Assembly: GCA_001179505.1 (NCBI GenBank)
Contig: CDMY01000170.1
Span: 116,057-180,056, forward strand
Length of the DNA stretch: 64,000 nucleotides
From: Vitrella brassicaformis CCMP3155
Taxonomy: Eukaryota > Protista > Chromerida
Reading direction: 5' to 3'
A program made the position numbers and the translations under genes. The number at the start of each line of letters is the position of its first letter. Positions within the stretch are counted from its first letter, which is position 1. The notes under the pieces were generated by a model, which saw nothing but the letters and a program-made list of their open reading frames with translations, did not search any database and had not been told where the DNA came from. Below, in pieces: positions 1 through 12,660 of this stretch.

Positions 1-1920
1 CCTCTCCTCCCTCCCTGTGTTGGGAGGGATCCACTCACCTGTGGCTGTTTGTTGTCAGGCTCCTTCCTCTTCTCCTCCTCACAGTCATAAAACTGCGCCG
101 ACTGACCACCGGGCGACTCGTCGCCCCCGGCCCCGCCATCGCCATCGCCGTCGCCGTCACCATCGGCCCTCCCCTCCCCCTCCTCGCTGGTGTAGTGCGA
201 CCGGGCCGTGGTCATCTCGCCACCGCCATCCTGCTGCTCCCTCTCCCTGCGGTTGGCCGGGCGGGGTACCGCTCGCGCGTCGGATGGCAGGACGCCGTTG
301 TGTGGCGGGCCGCCGTCGAGAGTCATCGGCCTGGGGCCGTTCATCTCCACTGCAGACGAGGAGCTGATGACAGAAATGGGAGAACCAACGCCACGCGTGA
401 AGTGTCGGCTGTCTGTGTGTCGGACTGACTGGCTGACCTCTTCTTCTTTCGTTCTGCCGGGTCGGTCTCGGTCGGACCGTTGGGCTGTGGTGGGGGGGGC
501 GGGGCGGGGGCGGGGGCGGGGGCGGGGGCGGGGTGCTCATTGAGACCATCGCTGGCCACAAGAGCCCTCGACGAAGTGGACGCAGTGGATGGGGCGGCCT
601 CGATGGGTCGTGGGAAGAGCACGGAGGGGTCGGTCTCACGCACATTTGGATGCTGAGCGAGAAACGAGAAAGTCACACATATATGGGTCACTCACGTCAC
701 TCAGCAGCCATCCATCCATCGGCAGTCTGCCTGTCTGTCTGTCTGTCTGTGTCAGTGGCAAGCGTAGGGTGGTACCTGGCCGTGCAGCTCTTCGTGCATG
801 ATGTCGAGGACGAAGTTGAGGAACTCCTGAGTGTCGTGCTGCGCGTACCCCTGGAACATCGGATTCAAAGTCGACGCAACCTTCAGAATGTCCTGCAGTG
901 GGTGCACCACACACAAGACAGACACCAACACAGCACACAACACAACCAACAAAACCATTGGGTACTGTGTGGTCGATTGTGTTGTGTTGTGTACCCCCGG
1001 TGCCTCGACGGAGACGTTGGTCTCCCACGCGTGCTGAAACAGCCGGATCAGCTCGCGAACCAGACTGCAGTCAACGTAACGTCACACCCAGCAGCCAGCC
1101 GGTCTGTCTGTCTGTTTGTCTGTGTGGCGTCACGTGAAGTGACGTGCTTGGTGTTTGTTCAAGGCGTACAGCTGTGAGGGCTTGTCGCTTTCGCCTCTGG
1201 GGTAGAGCTCGGCGGGGCACGACTTGCGCAGCGCCTTCTGGAGAGGCCGCGTGTGGATCTGTGAGGACACAACACAAAACAACACAACACAACACAAAAC
1301 ACAATCACAGAGATACCCAATGAATGAGTGTTGGTGTCTGTCTGTCAGCATTTTATTCACTCTCTGACTGAGTCACTCACTCACCAGGCACTGGAGCGCG
1401 GCGTTCATGTAGCACGTGTTGCCGAGATTCGACAAACCCAACAGACCAACTGGGGGCAACCACACACGTACAGGACAGATAGATAGATAGATAGATGTAC
1501 TCATTGGGTTTCCACCAGTGCTGTCCGTGTGGTCCACTTGCTACTTACCGCGGTCTCTCCTCCGCTGTATCATCTGACCCGTCGGCCGCCCATACACACC
1601 AGGCTGACACGACACACACCGCACACGACACACCAGCCATCCCATCCCGTTGGTTGTCTGTCCCTGCACCGCACCCTCCCTCCCCCCACCCATTAGTGCA
1701 CCTGTATGCCCTGGTTGTAGAGCCGTGCCTGCCTGCCGCTCCTCTGCCGCTCCACGCCCTCTTGCCGCCCCACGGCATCGTCGCCATGGCCGTACGGCAC
1801 CTCGTTGTGAGAAGAGGGGGGTCGGTGGCGATTGGCGACGGGCGGCGAAGACGGCTCGCCACTCGGGTCGCTGAAGTGCATCATGTCGGGACTGCTGTAG
1901 TCGTGACTGTTATGCTCCAT
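1..1920 (-). CDS. Ubiquitin-specific protease (peptidase C19/USP family), multi-exon, 3' part beyond the left edge
   Basis: Minus-strand exon at about 1385-1455 encodes the Cys box GLSNLGNTCYMNAALQCL. Exon at about 775-900 encodes FQGYAQHDTQEFLNFVLDIMHEEL (QHDxQEF motif). Likely ATG at 1920 (MEHNSHD...), with GT-AG introns between exons. Confidence 0.9.
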
Positions 1921-2539
1921 CGCTTGGGCACAGGGGACGGGATCACTCGCTTAAAACACTGGGGAGAGCCCGCAACCAACCTGATTCGACAGCACACACA
2001 CGCACATAGGCCAACCAACACATGGCCATCCATAAGTGAGAGGCCGGCAGGTGAGGGCAAGGTAAGGTGCCTGCCGTGAGTGATGTGTGACTGCATCGCA
2101 TATATCTATCAAATCGATCACGGCTTCTCTCTTAAGCTGGCCTGGCCACGCTCGGCTCCTACCATACACCTTTCGCTCAGCTGACTGACTGCGCATATCG
2201 TTGATTGGCGTGGCCTGATCTTTGTCAGCCGTCTCGCTTCTTCAGAGCCTCTCTGTCTGGCCTGCCTATCCTGCAGCCCTGCCCTCCTCTCACCAGGCTC
2301 ACAGATGAGCAGACGGCCAGCAACTCAATCACAGCTCCAATTTCTTCAGATGCGGCGACAGATGAAGGCAGCCATTGCCGGCGGCACTCTCAGCAGCCGC
2401 ACACCACACCAAAACCGGAGAAAGGATTTTTGCCAAGCTCGCAATCGTGGTGTTCGAGCTCGCCTCAAGACGCGTCAAAGGAAGAAGACAAACCATCCGA
2501 GCTGGAACGCCCATGTGATCTGCAGCCCTCATTCAAACC

Positions 2540-5500
2540 ATGAGCAGCCTGCTCCGGAGCCGCCACTCCGAGTTCGGATCTTGCAAGGGCAACCTGTACC
2601 TCCAGCCCTTCGTCAAGGGCCCGCAGCAAGCACCACAGTTCAGGACCCACTCGGGTGAGTTCCTGCGGCGCAAGGGCATGATCGTCCGAAGGCTTGAAGA
2701 GGGCGATGAGGAGGCGTGCGCACAGATGGACGGCGAGGCCTTCTGCCACGAACCGGCCAGCGACGCCCCTGACCGGCTGGTGCAGACGCTGCAGCGTGCG
2801 AGGAGCGAGTCGGCTGACCTGCTCTTCGGCCTGTTCTCGCAGTTCCCAAATGAGGAGGTGCTGCAGGGGGTGGTCATGGGGCTGCGGACGGCGTGTGAGC
2901 CGCTCGTGTGGGACCACATGCCCTCTCACGAGCTTGACGGAGGTGCTGCAGCACCACCAACCACGCCACACGTCAAAACACATTGATGGTTCTCGTGTGT
3001 GGTGTGGTGTGGTGTGGTTGGTTCAGGGACGTTGCAGCTGTATTGTGTTCGTCTGTCCCGTTGCAAGGCGAGCATGGGCATCGCGTGTTTGGTCAAGTGC
3101 TACCTGGAGGTGATAGCCGCCTCGAGCACCATCAGCCGTGTGTCGGTGTGCTGCAAGGCCTCCCAGCTCGGCAGCTTCCTCGAGTGCGGCATGGCCGTCA
3201 CAAGACACTGCAACGAATTGGACCATCTGCCAGACGGTATGTATGGTCGTATGCCACAGACAGCCACACAAACTGAGATGGACTCCGTCTTTGTGAGTAC
3301 GTCACGTACGTCATTTGCTTTGTGTGGTGTGTTAGGTCCGTGGCTCGAGTTGTCCATGTGCCTGGACGAGTTGCGGACGCAGCCGTTTGTGATAGTGGAC
3401 TGCTTCCCTCCCCAGGCCAAACCCTTCACGGGCAACCCCATCTGCTGCATCTTCACGCAGCAGGGGGGAGATGCCAACTGGATGCAGGTAGGTGCCCTCA
3501 GACACACACACACACACACACAGGGAGGGATGGTCGATCGAGTCACACGGATCTGTGCACTGCACGTGTTGTGTGTTGTGTTCTTTCGTTTTCAGGGAGC
3601 AGCGAATGAGTTGGGTTGCAACGAGACGTGTTTTATCCAACCGTCGAGGGACCCCCGCATCACCTCGCAGGAACTGGCGGGCACCGGACAGTGCCACTAT
3701 GACCTCAGGTACATAATGAGGGAGGATATCAGCCACGACAAACCGTCAGTTTGCACACGCCTGCATCTGCGTGTCCATTGCGTCGGTGCAGGTCGTTTAC
3801 CCCGCACTGTGAGGTCGACTGTGGCCACGCGTTGCTGGGCGCCGCCAAGGCACTCTGGATCTCACAGAGAGCACCGGTAGGTAGGGAGGGAGATACACAA
3901 ACAACGTCTGACTGACTCACCCATCCCATCATGGGCCATCCATACGCCCCTGCTCTTCCTCCCTCCCTTGCATCTGAGCTCAGGACGACTGCGTGATAGT
4001 TTTCCACACCCGTTCGGGCGAGCTGAGTGCCCGCGTGTGTGGGTCGCAGCCGGCCGTGTTCCGCAAGGCCCGCCTGCCCATCATTGCCAACCACTCCAGC
4101 GAGCTCGGCCAGATCGGCCTCCCCGTTGCGTCATCCATGGACGGCGCCATGAGCGAGGCATCCGAGCCCTCCACGCCCATCTCCCCGGGACTGCCCCTCT
4201 CACAGACGTGGGACGAGCGGTCCGACCGTTCCTCGAGCTCACCGGGATCGGCTTACATGGGCGGCGTGCACGCGACGGTCCGTGACCGCGCAGAGTGGAT
4301 CGAGTTGGACTTCCCGCTGATCCAAGCAGTCCCCGTGGACATCCATGGGGCCGACATCCCATCTTCGGTGGCCAACATGAAGCGGACCAAGCCGGCAGGA
4401 GGCGACGATGACGAGGGGCAGGACAGCGACGAGACGGGCGACCTCGGCATGTGGCGGCAGGCGACGACGAGTGTCAAGAGCACCAGCGGTGAGGGCCTCA
4501 ACGGCATCTCGGGCACGCCACCGCCACGTCTGCCTAGCAGATCCTTCTCAATGCTGGGAAGGTCGCCGGGCGCGAGGCTGCCGATTCCACTGGCGGGCGG
4601 GCCCAGCACGCCCCGGGTGGACAGCACGCTCGACGTTCTCGACCACAACGAGCGTGCTGCCGTGTCGCATCGGAGGGAGTTGCTCATGGCACCGGTGAGA
4701 GAGACAAGACACCGACAGGCAGATGGGCAGATTGACAGTGTGTGTGTTTCTCTTCTCTCTCTCTCTCTTTGTTCGTTCAGTCGTTGGTAGAGGCGTTGGG
4801 TGTGGATGCCGACGAGGTGGTGTTTATCGGCCGCACCGACAGCGACATGCTCATCGAGGTGACCGACCCTGCCGTCCTGCAGGTAAGTGGGTGGTGTGGG
4901 TGCAAGAAGACAGACACGTAGACGTAGACAAGGACTCGTGTGCCGATCGATCAATGCTTCTGTCGTTGCTGTGCAGAGATTGCGTCCCGAGTATCATCGT
5001 GTGGCTGCGTGTTGCCGTCGGGGCGTCATCATCACCTGCCGTGCCACGCCCAACGACCCCATCGTCAACGAACTCAAAAAGCGGTTCTCCACACGGGTGA
5101 GGGCGACGACACACGCAGCACGACCACATGGACGTCATGCTCGCCCGCCTCGTGTGTGCGGTGCGCAGATCGACTTTCTGTCGAGGTTCTTCGCCCCGAG
5201 AATCGGCATCCCGGAGGACCCGGTCACGGCGGGTATGCGGACAGACACTCTCACATCCGTCCGCACTCTTTGCCATGTCGGCATTTCGTTCTTGTTTTGT
5301 GGGATAGGCATCTACAACTGCCTGGGTCCCTATTGGGCGTCATCTCTGGACCGTTTCGACCTCATCGCCTACCAGCTGTCGCACCGTGGGGGCATCGTGG
5401 CCATCAGTGTGGACCTCCGCAGCAGCAGGGTCAAGCTGTACGGCCAGGCGGTGAGCTCGGTGGAGGGCAAGCTGACCAAGAAGGCGGTCCCGATGAACAA

Positions 5501-5546
5501 CCCAGAGGACCTGTCGCTCAGCGTCATGCGCATCTTCGCGTCATAG
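2540..5546 (+). CDS. PhzF/PhzC (phenazine-biosynthesis-like, DAP-epimerase fold) protein with an N-terminal GNAT-like domain; about 9 exons
   Basis: Spliced motifs: FVIVDCFPPQAKPFTGNP, WMQ|GAANELGCNET, SFTPHCEVDCGHAL, IVFHTRSGEL, IELDFP, DFLSRFFAPRIGIPEDPVT, YW...AYQLSHRGG...RVKLYGQAV, all in PhzF-family order. Stop TAG at 5544-5546. The start codon is uncertain. Confidence 0.85.
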
Positions 5547-7019
5547 CTCGTGTGTAGCACATAGCAACAGAGGGCATGTGAGGGGAGGGGAGGGGAAGGA
5601 GGGGAAGGAGGGGAAGGAGGGGAAGAATGGAGAGGTATCTTTTTCGTGGTCTCCGGAGAGAGATGGGCAAATGGTTGTTTGGTTGTGTAACTAGATAGCT
5701 GTGTGTTGAATTTAGGGGCGGGTGGCCGACTGATTGAATGGAATCTGCATTCGGTGACACAGAGAGAGAGAGAGAGAGAGGCGACTTTTGTAACATGACA
5801 AGACGTGAATGCAATGCATCTTTCGGGGGGCTGGGTGAGCGGTAATGCTTTTTGCCTAGCTACTTGCCATGTTTTTCGTCGGTCGAGGGCGATACGATGC
5901 GTGCGGTGCTTTCTACGGGATGGGGTCGTGACGGCGCCCCAGACAGCGAACGCGTGTGTGGTGTGTGCGTATCGTGTATGTGGTGTGGTGTGTCATGTCA
6001 TGTCGCTCCGAATGGACGGACTGGTGGCGCACAGCACAGCTGGGGTTTATCTATCTATCGGCCGATCAATCGACGAATGAATGGGCGGTGATCGACGGGC
6101 AATGGGGGTGTGTGTGTGTGTGTGTGCGTCCAACCGGTGTGTGGTGTGTAATCCAGTGCAGTGTGTGCTGTGTATTTTTCTCCTCTGCGGGAAAGCTTTA
6201 CTCGACCCCCGGTTTCTTTTGTAGTGTGGCTGCGTGTGGCTGGCTGACTGGCATCAGGAAGGGACAGTGACAAGACAGAGGTGCGGTTTGTTTGTTGATG
6301 TCGATCTGTCGCGAAGCCCGGTGGTGTTGCGGTCGTCCTTCGGGCCTCGTTCATCTCCCGCAGCAGCGAACACACATAGTCATGAGCGGCGCTGCGTGTC
6401 TGCTGCTGAGGGAAGTGTCTGCGTGACACGTGAGACGGCGGCACACACACAGGGCAGGCATGATTGGATGGACTAACGGACGGACGATGGATGGATGGAT
6501 GGATCTGGCTGCCCCCACGACTGACTGCGTACATGGATGGATCTCTAGTGTTGCCTCCCTTGGTGGCGACTACACATTCACTCATTGGCGCCCAGCCAGC
6601 CAGAGAGATGACGATTTTTGCCTCTAGCTGTGTACGGCACAACACATGGACGAGGGTGAGAGTGGGGAGGGGTGTGAGTCGCCGCATGCGGCTTTGCTGA
6701 TCGGGGTATCTATCTTTTCATCTTGTGTCCATCATCGCGTGTGCACGTGAGTGAGTGAGTTGATGACATACCATACACCATGGCTGCGTGTCCGTCCGTC
6801 TGTTCGTGCTTATAGCTGCGTGTGTATTTTTCTCCCATTGCTCGATATCGATGCGTGGATGAATGAGTGAATCGGAATGCGTTGTGCGTTGCTGACAGAC
6901 GTCTCCCTGCTTGCGTGTCTCGACACTTTCTGCATGCCTCCGACCGTGTAATCAACGGCCAGCTTGAAGCTCGCAACGGTGGGGGCTCGACGCGAATTCA
7001 ACTTCGGTTGTCCTCACAC

Positions 7020-9454
7020 ATGGCATCGCCAGCAACGATGGTGAGATATGACATTGGCCGTTCAGGTTAGTTGCGGATGTCATGTGTCCGTGTACCCCGA
7101 TCAGAAACGGGGGAACAGCCTGTGCCGATCTGATGAGGCATTGTGCGAGGGTAAGGAATATGAGGATTTTTGCGCCAAATACGACGCAATAAGTGAGGCT
7201 AACGAGACGTTCAAGGATGCCGCAAGAAGGGGCGACGAGGAGGCTGTCACTCAGTTGATGAACACTCACGGCGTGGACTTCGTGGAGGTCCATTGGAGCG
7301 TGAAGAAGACAGCAAATGAACTCAGTGAATGTTTGTGCGTTCTCATTTCTGCAGCGGGAACTCTTCCTTGAAGCTGCACTTCAGGGCCACGTGGGCATCA
7401 TGTCTGTCATGTATAAGAGCAAACCTGACGTACTGCTGCAAACAAACAAGGTACCAACAAAGACAAACCATCTTGTGTGCTGCGACTGCTGCTGATGAGA
7501 AGATGTGTTGGCTTGATGGAATGCAGACTGGTGAGACTGCCATGCACTTGGCTGCCTACCATGGCCATCTTGCGGCGGTCGATCAGCTGCTGGAGTGGGA
7601 TCCCAAACTGATCGATGCACGCGGCGCGGTAACAAAGCACACACATGTGTCTGAGCGACGAGGATGGTACTGGTATGTGCTTGTCGCATGATTGAGATGG
7701 TCCATTGACGCATGATGAGCGACCGCCGCTGTTGTGCTATGTGTCAACGCATTTTCCCCCGTCTGACGCCTGAGCGTGTCGATGGTGTGATTGCAGGATG
7801 GCTGGACGCCGTTCATGAGGGCTGCCGAGGAAGGTCATGTGGATGTGATGGAGTTTTTGTATGCCAAAGGAGGGGTCTCTGTTCTGACGCAACAGGCTAA
7901 TGTGAGACACAGTCGAGCGGACAATGTGTCTCTCATCTGATTGATTGCCTTTCCCTCTGTGGATGACACACACACAGCCCGGAACCACGGCACTCCATAA
8001 GGCTGTAAACTGGGGCAAATCTGCAGCGGTGTCTCAGATGTGAGCGACACTGATGAATGACTGACGCGAACATCTCATCCACACACATTCTCTCTGCGTC
8101 GCTGGCTGGACAGGCTCGAGTGGGGCGGCGGTGCTCTGCTGGACATCAAGGACAATGACGTGAGTGCACACAGATGTGGTTCACACCATCATCGATGGTC
8201 GAGTGGTGTGCTCATCGTATCTCATGACGACAGGGGGACACGCCGTGGGACTATGCGGAGGACAAGCCGGAGATCAGAGAGACCATGAAGAAGTACAAGC
8301 AGCCTGTAAGGGAGTGACTTACACGCCCAGACACACGGAGCAACACACGCAATGAGGGGCCATCGGATGTGTGTGGGCATCCTTGACCAATGTCAGGCCG
8401 ATGACATCTTCGACGCCGTGAAGCCGGCGATGAGGAAGCCGTTTGTATGTTCATCAACAAAAGAGGAAATGAGATCCTCAATTATTCGGGGAAATGCAAA
8501 AAAAACGTCTTCGGGGTATGCAATCGTGAGGACGACAGAAATGCACTTCAGTGGTCTGTGTGTTTTGCGCAGCGGACACCCTTCCTTTGGGCTGCATTCT
8601 ATGGTCACGTGGGCATCATGTCTGTCATGTATAAGAGCAAACCCGACGTACTGCAGCAAACAGACGGGGTACCGACACAGCTAAACCATCTTGTGTCCTG
8701 CTCGTGATGAGATGCATTTGCTTTGATTGAAATGCAGGTCCTTGGTGAGACTGCCATGCATGCGGCTGCCGAGAAGGGCCATCTTGCGGCTGTCAATCAG
8801 CTGCTGGAGTGGGATCCCAAACTGATCGATGCACGCAGCAATGTAAGGGAGCACACACATGTCTCTGGCGCCTCTTTTATGAGGACTGCATGGGGGTGTG
8901 TGTTGATTTTACAGTCCGGCAAGACGCCATTCGTCGGGGCTGCCGAGAAAGGGCATGTGGATGTGATGACTGCCATGATTGACAAAGGAGGGCACAAGCA
9001 GGACCTACTCACACAGAAGGACAAAGTGAGAGACGCAGGAAGACAAAGTGTCTCTGATCTGTTTGAATGCCTTTCCCTGTGTGGATGCCACACACGCCAG
9101 GACGGCTGGACGGCACTCCATTATGCTGCATCTGGGGGCTGCTCTGCAGCGGTGTCTCAGCTGTGAGCGACACTGATGAATGACTGACGCGAACATCTCA
9201 TCCACACACATTCTTCTGCGTTGCTGGCTGGACAGGCTCGAGTGGGGCGGCGGTGCTCTGCTGAACATCAAGGACAATGACGTGAGTGCACACAGATGTG
9301 GTTCACACCACCATCGATGGTTGAGTGATCTGCTCATCGTATCTCATGACGACAGGGGGACACGCCGTGGGACAAGGCGAAAAACCAGCCGGAGATCAGA
9401 GAGATCATGAAGAAGTACAAGCCTATGTGTCGGTCTCGCTGCATGATTATGTGA
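7020..9454 (+). CDS. Ankyrin-repeat protein built of two duplicated multi-repeat modules
   Basis: Exons encode TGETAMHLAAYHGHLAAVDQLL, DGWTPFMRAAEEGHVDVM, PGTTALHKAVNWG, GDTPWD, then a second set RTPFLWAAFYGHV, LGETAMHAAAEKGH, SGKTPFVGAAEKGH, DGWTALHYAASGG. ATG 7020, first intron 7041-7104. The 3' end is uncertain. Confidence 0.88.
7200..9425 (+). repeat. Tandem duplication of an approximately 1.1-kb exon+intron module (about 7200-8310 and 8397-9425)
   Basis: Introns are near identical between copies, e.g. gtgagcgacactgatgaatgactgacgcgaacatctcatccacacacattc at about 8039 and about 9163. Confidence 0.9.
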
Positions 9455-9743
9455 GTCAGAGTCTGTCGGTTACTCGCGTATTGTGAGTGTGTGATCTGAC
9501 AGTAGGCTTCGACTGATAATGTGTCGTCATAAACCGAGGCTGTCACTTGCATGTATTCATGGAAATGACTCTCTGTCTCTCTCACAGTGAAAGAACTGCT
9601 ACGGCGCCTTCAGCTGGTGGTCCAAGTGCATGCCGCAGCGCAACCGCACCTGCTCGCAATGCAGCGTCTACTCCGTCATCCGCCCGGCCTACGGCAACCG
9701 CCTCCTGCTGCCACGTCAGCTTGTCAAAGACAGGGTCATTCTA

Positions 9744-12660
9744 TCATGCACACTCTTCCCCCTCCTCTGACTCCATGTCTATCTGCGGCACATGATCCAA
9801 AATCGCCGCGAACCTACGCCGGTTCTCGTCCCCCAGGCCCCTCAGCAGCTTGTCCAGATAATGCTGCACCTTGCTGCTCTCACCAAGGCCTCGATTGAGC
9901 GCCCCAGCGCCGTCGCGATAGGTCTCGAGATCATCGACGTAGAGGTAGAGCTTGCTCTTGCACTCTGCCAGCTGCTGCTCGAGGTCCTGGTACCTCTCCT
10001 GTAGCTCCTTCTTCTGCGACTCGACCACACGCACATGCTGCTCCTGGTCACGCTGCAACAGAAACTGCTGGCCCCTCTGGTTTTCCTCGGCCGCTAGCCT
10101 CGCCTCGGCCTTCTCCTTCTCCCTCTGCATGGCGTCCAGCTGCTGCTGCACCACTGTAATCTGCGCCTGCGCCTCTACAAGCGACGCCGAAACTGTTGAT
10201 CGGCGCTGAGCCTCCTCCGTCTGCAGAACGCTCTTCTCGTCGTCCATCTGCTGACGGAGGGCTTCCATCGCCGCAGAGTGATCGCGCTGGGCTGCCTCCA
10301 TGGCCATGGTGTGCCTGGCCGTCTCGTCGGCGAGTCGCATCTCGAGGTCCAGCTTGTCTTTCCGCAGCTGAGCGTTCTGGCAGTCCATGGACGCGGTGGT
10401 GGCGGTGTCGCTCTGCTGGCATTCCTCTATCCGCCGCGTTAGGGTGGCGAGCTGGCGCAGGGCCTCGTCAAGACGATGGGATCCTCCCGTGGCCCGTGAT
10501 AGTAGCGCCTCCTGATCGATCAAAGAAGAGAGCTCATCGAAGGGTAGGTGTGGTGTATGCGTGTTTGTGTTGACTGGTATCGCACCTTGAGTGCGATGTT
10601 CTTCCGAAGCTCTCCGACCTCACTTGTGAGTTGGTGACGCTGACACCCACACACACCGATGATTCATCCATCCTCCCACCATCCCCCCGTCCCTCTGTGT
10701 GCCCACCTCTTGGTCGCGTGCCCTCCAGAGCTCCTCCAGCTCGCCCTCGAGTGCCCTCACACGCTGCTGAGCCTTCTCCCGCTGAGCGTCGGCATGGCCC
10801 TGCACATTCCTCAAGGCCTCCTGGTGCCGCGCCCTATCCTCCTCTCGCTCGCGACGCAGGTCGTCGAGCTGGCTTTTGACACGCTCCAGCTGCCTGCTCT
10901 TGTCCTCAATCATTGCCTTCAGGTTGGCCACTTCGTCGTCTCTGCTGTCATCTCGTCGAGTGATGCGACCAGAGGGGGTGCGGAAGGACGGGCTCTCCTT
11001 TCCCTCCTCTCTGGTCTCGGACCGGGAGGCTTTGAGACCGATCAGGGACGCTTGTGTGGTTCTCAAGTGGTCAAACAGGGTGCCCCTGACCTCCTCGAGC
11101 TCAAGCAGCAGTTCCCACAGCACTGGGCCACCGAAACTGGCCAGCATCTCATGTTTGAGTGGCCCCTTGGCGCGTTGAAGATATGACTCGACCCCCTGCT
11201 GCCAGGCCCCGCGGACATCGACCAGCGACACAGGGGCCGGCAGTGCGGCCGCCGACGCAGAAGCAACATCTCCGCCGTCAGCTGTTGGCAGAGGTGCGTG
11301 TGCGGCATCCGACGCGTGGGTCACAAAGGCGCTCCGCAGGGAGTGGAAGGATGACGCCTTGCCCTCGCCATGAGTGGATAGCTCTTCCTCGAGAGCCCTC
11401 TGACATAACGCTGCCGAGCGAGTGTGGTTGTCTGCCTGCCGCCTCAACAGCTTCTCGTGGATAGTCGAGAGGAGACTCTGATGGATGAAGTTCCATGACG
11501 GGCTGACCTGCACAAATGGAATGACACACGTATGCATACGCACAGCCGTCCGTCGACATCCGCCCTCCCTCCGTCCGTCCGTGTGTGTCTTGCTGGCTGA
11601 CCATGTAGCTGGGTAGAACCAGGCCACTCCTCTGTCGAAACCCATCGAGTGCAGCGTCGCGGGCCTTCTCGTGCAGCACGTACAGCTCGCTCGACTCAAG
11701 CGGCACCCCGGTGGCCTTCGCCGGCAGGACGTCATCGAGGACGCCTTCGAACAAAGCGCATGCCTGCCGAGAGTACTGCTGGAGCTCCACGAGCAACGCC
11801 TCCTGGTATGGCTCCGACACAGCCATCAGTGGCGCCGAGTGCGAAGTGTCCGCTGGGGGCTGCGTCGCCGACCACCCGTTTAGCGCCTTGACGATGGCTT
11901 CCGTAAAGGCACAGAGGAGGGAGGGCGGCATGAGGCGGCCGCACCAGAACCGTTTTGGCGGGCAGGTGGCAGAAAAGAGTGCGTCAGTGAGGGTCGTCTC
12001 GCCGCCAGGGAGGACGACGATTCGTCTGTGGGGAAAGGCCCGCACCACGGGCTCGTCCTGCTCGTCACGGCTGGTCGTGTTGGTGCTGCCGGTGCTGGAA
12101 GGGAGCGGGGCAAAACTCAGGGGTGCGAAGCGTCCCTCGAGGCCAGACTCCTCTCCTTCGCCTGTCCTCTCCTTGGCCCACACGATGCACGGCATCTCGT
12201 CACGGCAGAGTCTCGGTGACCTGGCGGCACCATCTGCCTGTGGCGGGCGCAGGGTAAGCTGCAGGGCCGTGGATGTGAGCAGCTCCACCGCGGCCGATGA
12301 ATCGATCAGCACCACCGAGCTTATCAGAAGGGCCAGGGAAACCAGCTGGATTCTTGCCTTGTGATCAGGGCAGCTGCCCGGCAGACTGCAGATGAGGACC
12401 ACCACCAAGTGCTCTGCACTGATCTCCCGTGGCTGCGGATGGATGAGTATCCCGCTCGGCGGACAAGCATCGTCATGGCTGAGTGCTGGGCCGGCGATAA
12501 GATCTTGAAGCGGGGATGAAGCTCCGAAGGCCACGATGCACACGACGCTGACTTTGGGCGTCTTGAGTGAGTGCAGCAAGGCAGCCCCAGGCTGACATAA
12601 TGACAAACGTCGAGTGCCACAATCAAAGGACACCAAATGGAGGAAGGACGACCTCGTCAT
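9744..12660 (-). CDS. Guanylate-binding-protein (GBP/atlastin)-like protein with degenerate GTPase motifs and a long C-terminal coiled coil; 4 exons
   Basis: Ordered GBP-like segments: LHLVSFD...LLHSLKTPKVSVVCIVA, LVSLALLISSVVLID, MPCIVWAKE, RAFPHRRIVVL, KRFWCGRLM...LCAFTEAIVKALNG, followed by helical/heptad regions. Introns at about 11510-11605, 10620-10708 and 10514-10585. Stop at 9744. Confidence 0.65.

Noticed and set aside
2205-2543. Upstream ORF overlapping the PhzF-like ATG as ATGA
   Set aside because: It has no ATG start (TTG only) and no coding signature, so a chance overlap is likely.
5860-6850. Possible small minus-strand multi-exon gene between PhzF and ankyrin
   Set aside because: Short candidate exons exist, but I could not join them into a stop-free frame.
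9588-9590. TGA at a Cys-equivalent position read as selenocysteine
   Set aside because: No SECIS-like element identified, and the exon has other damage. A nonsense or indel mutation is simpler.
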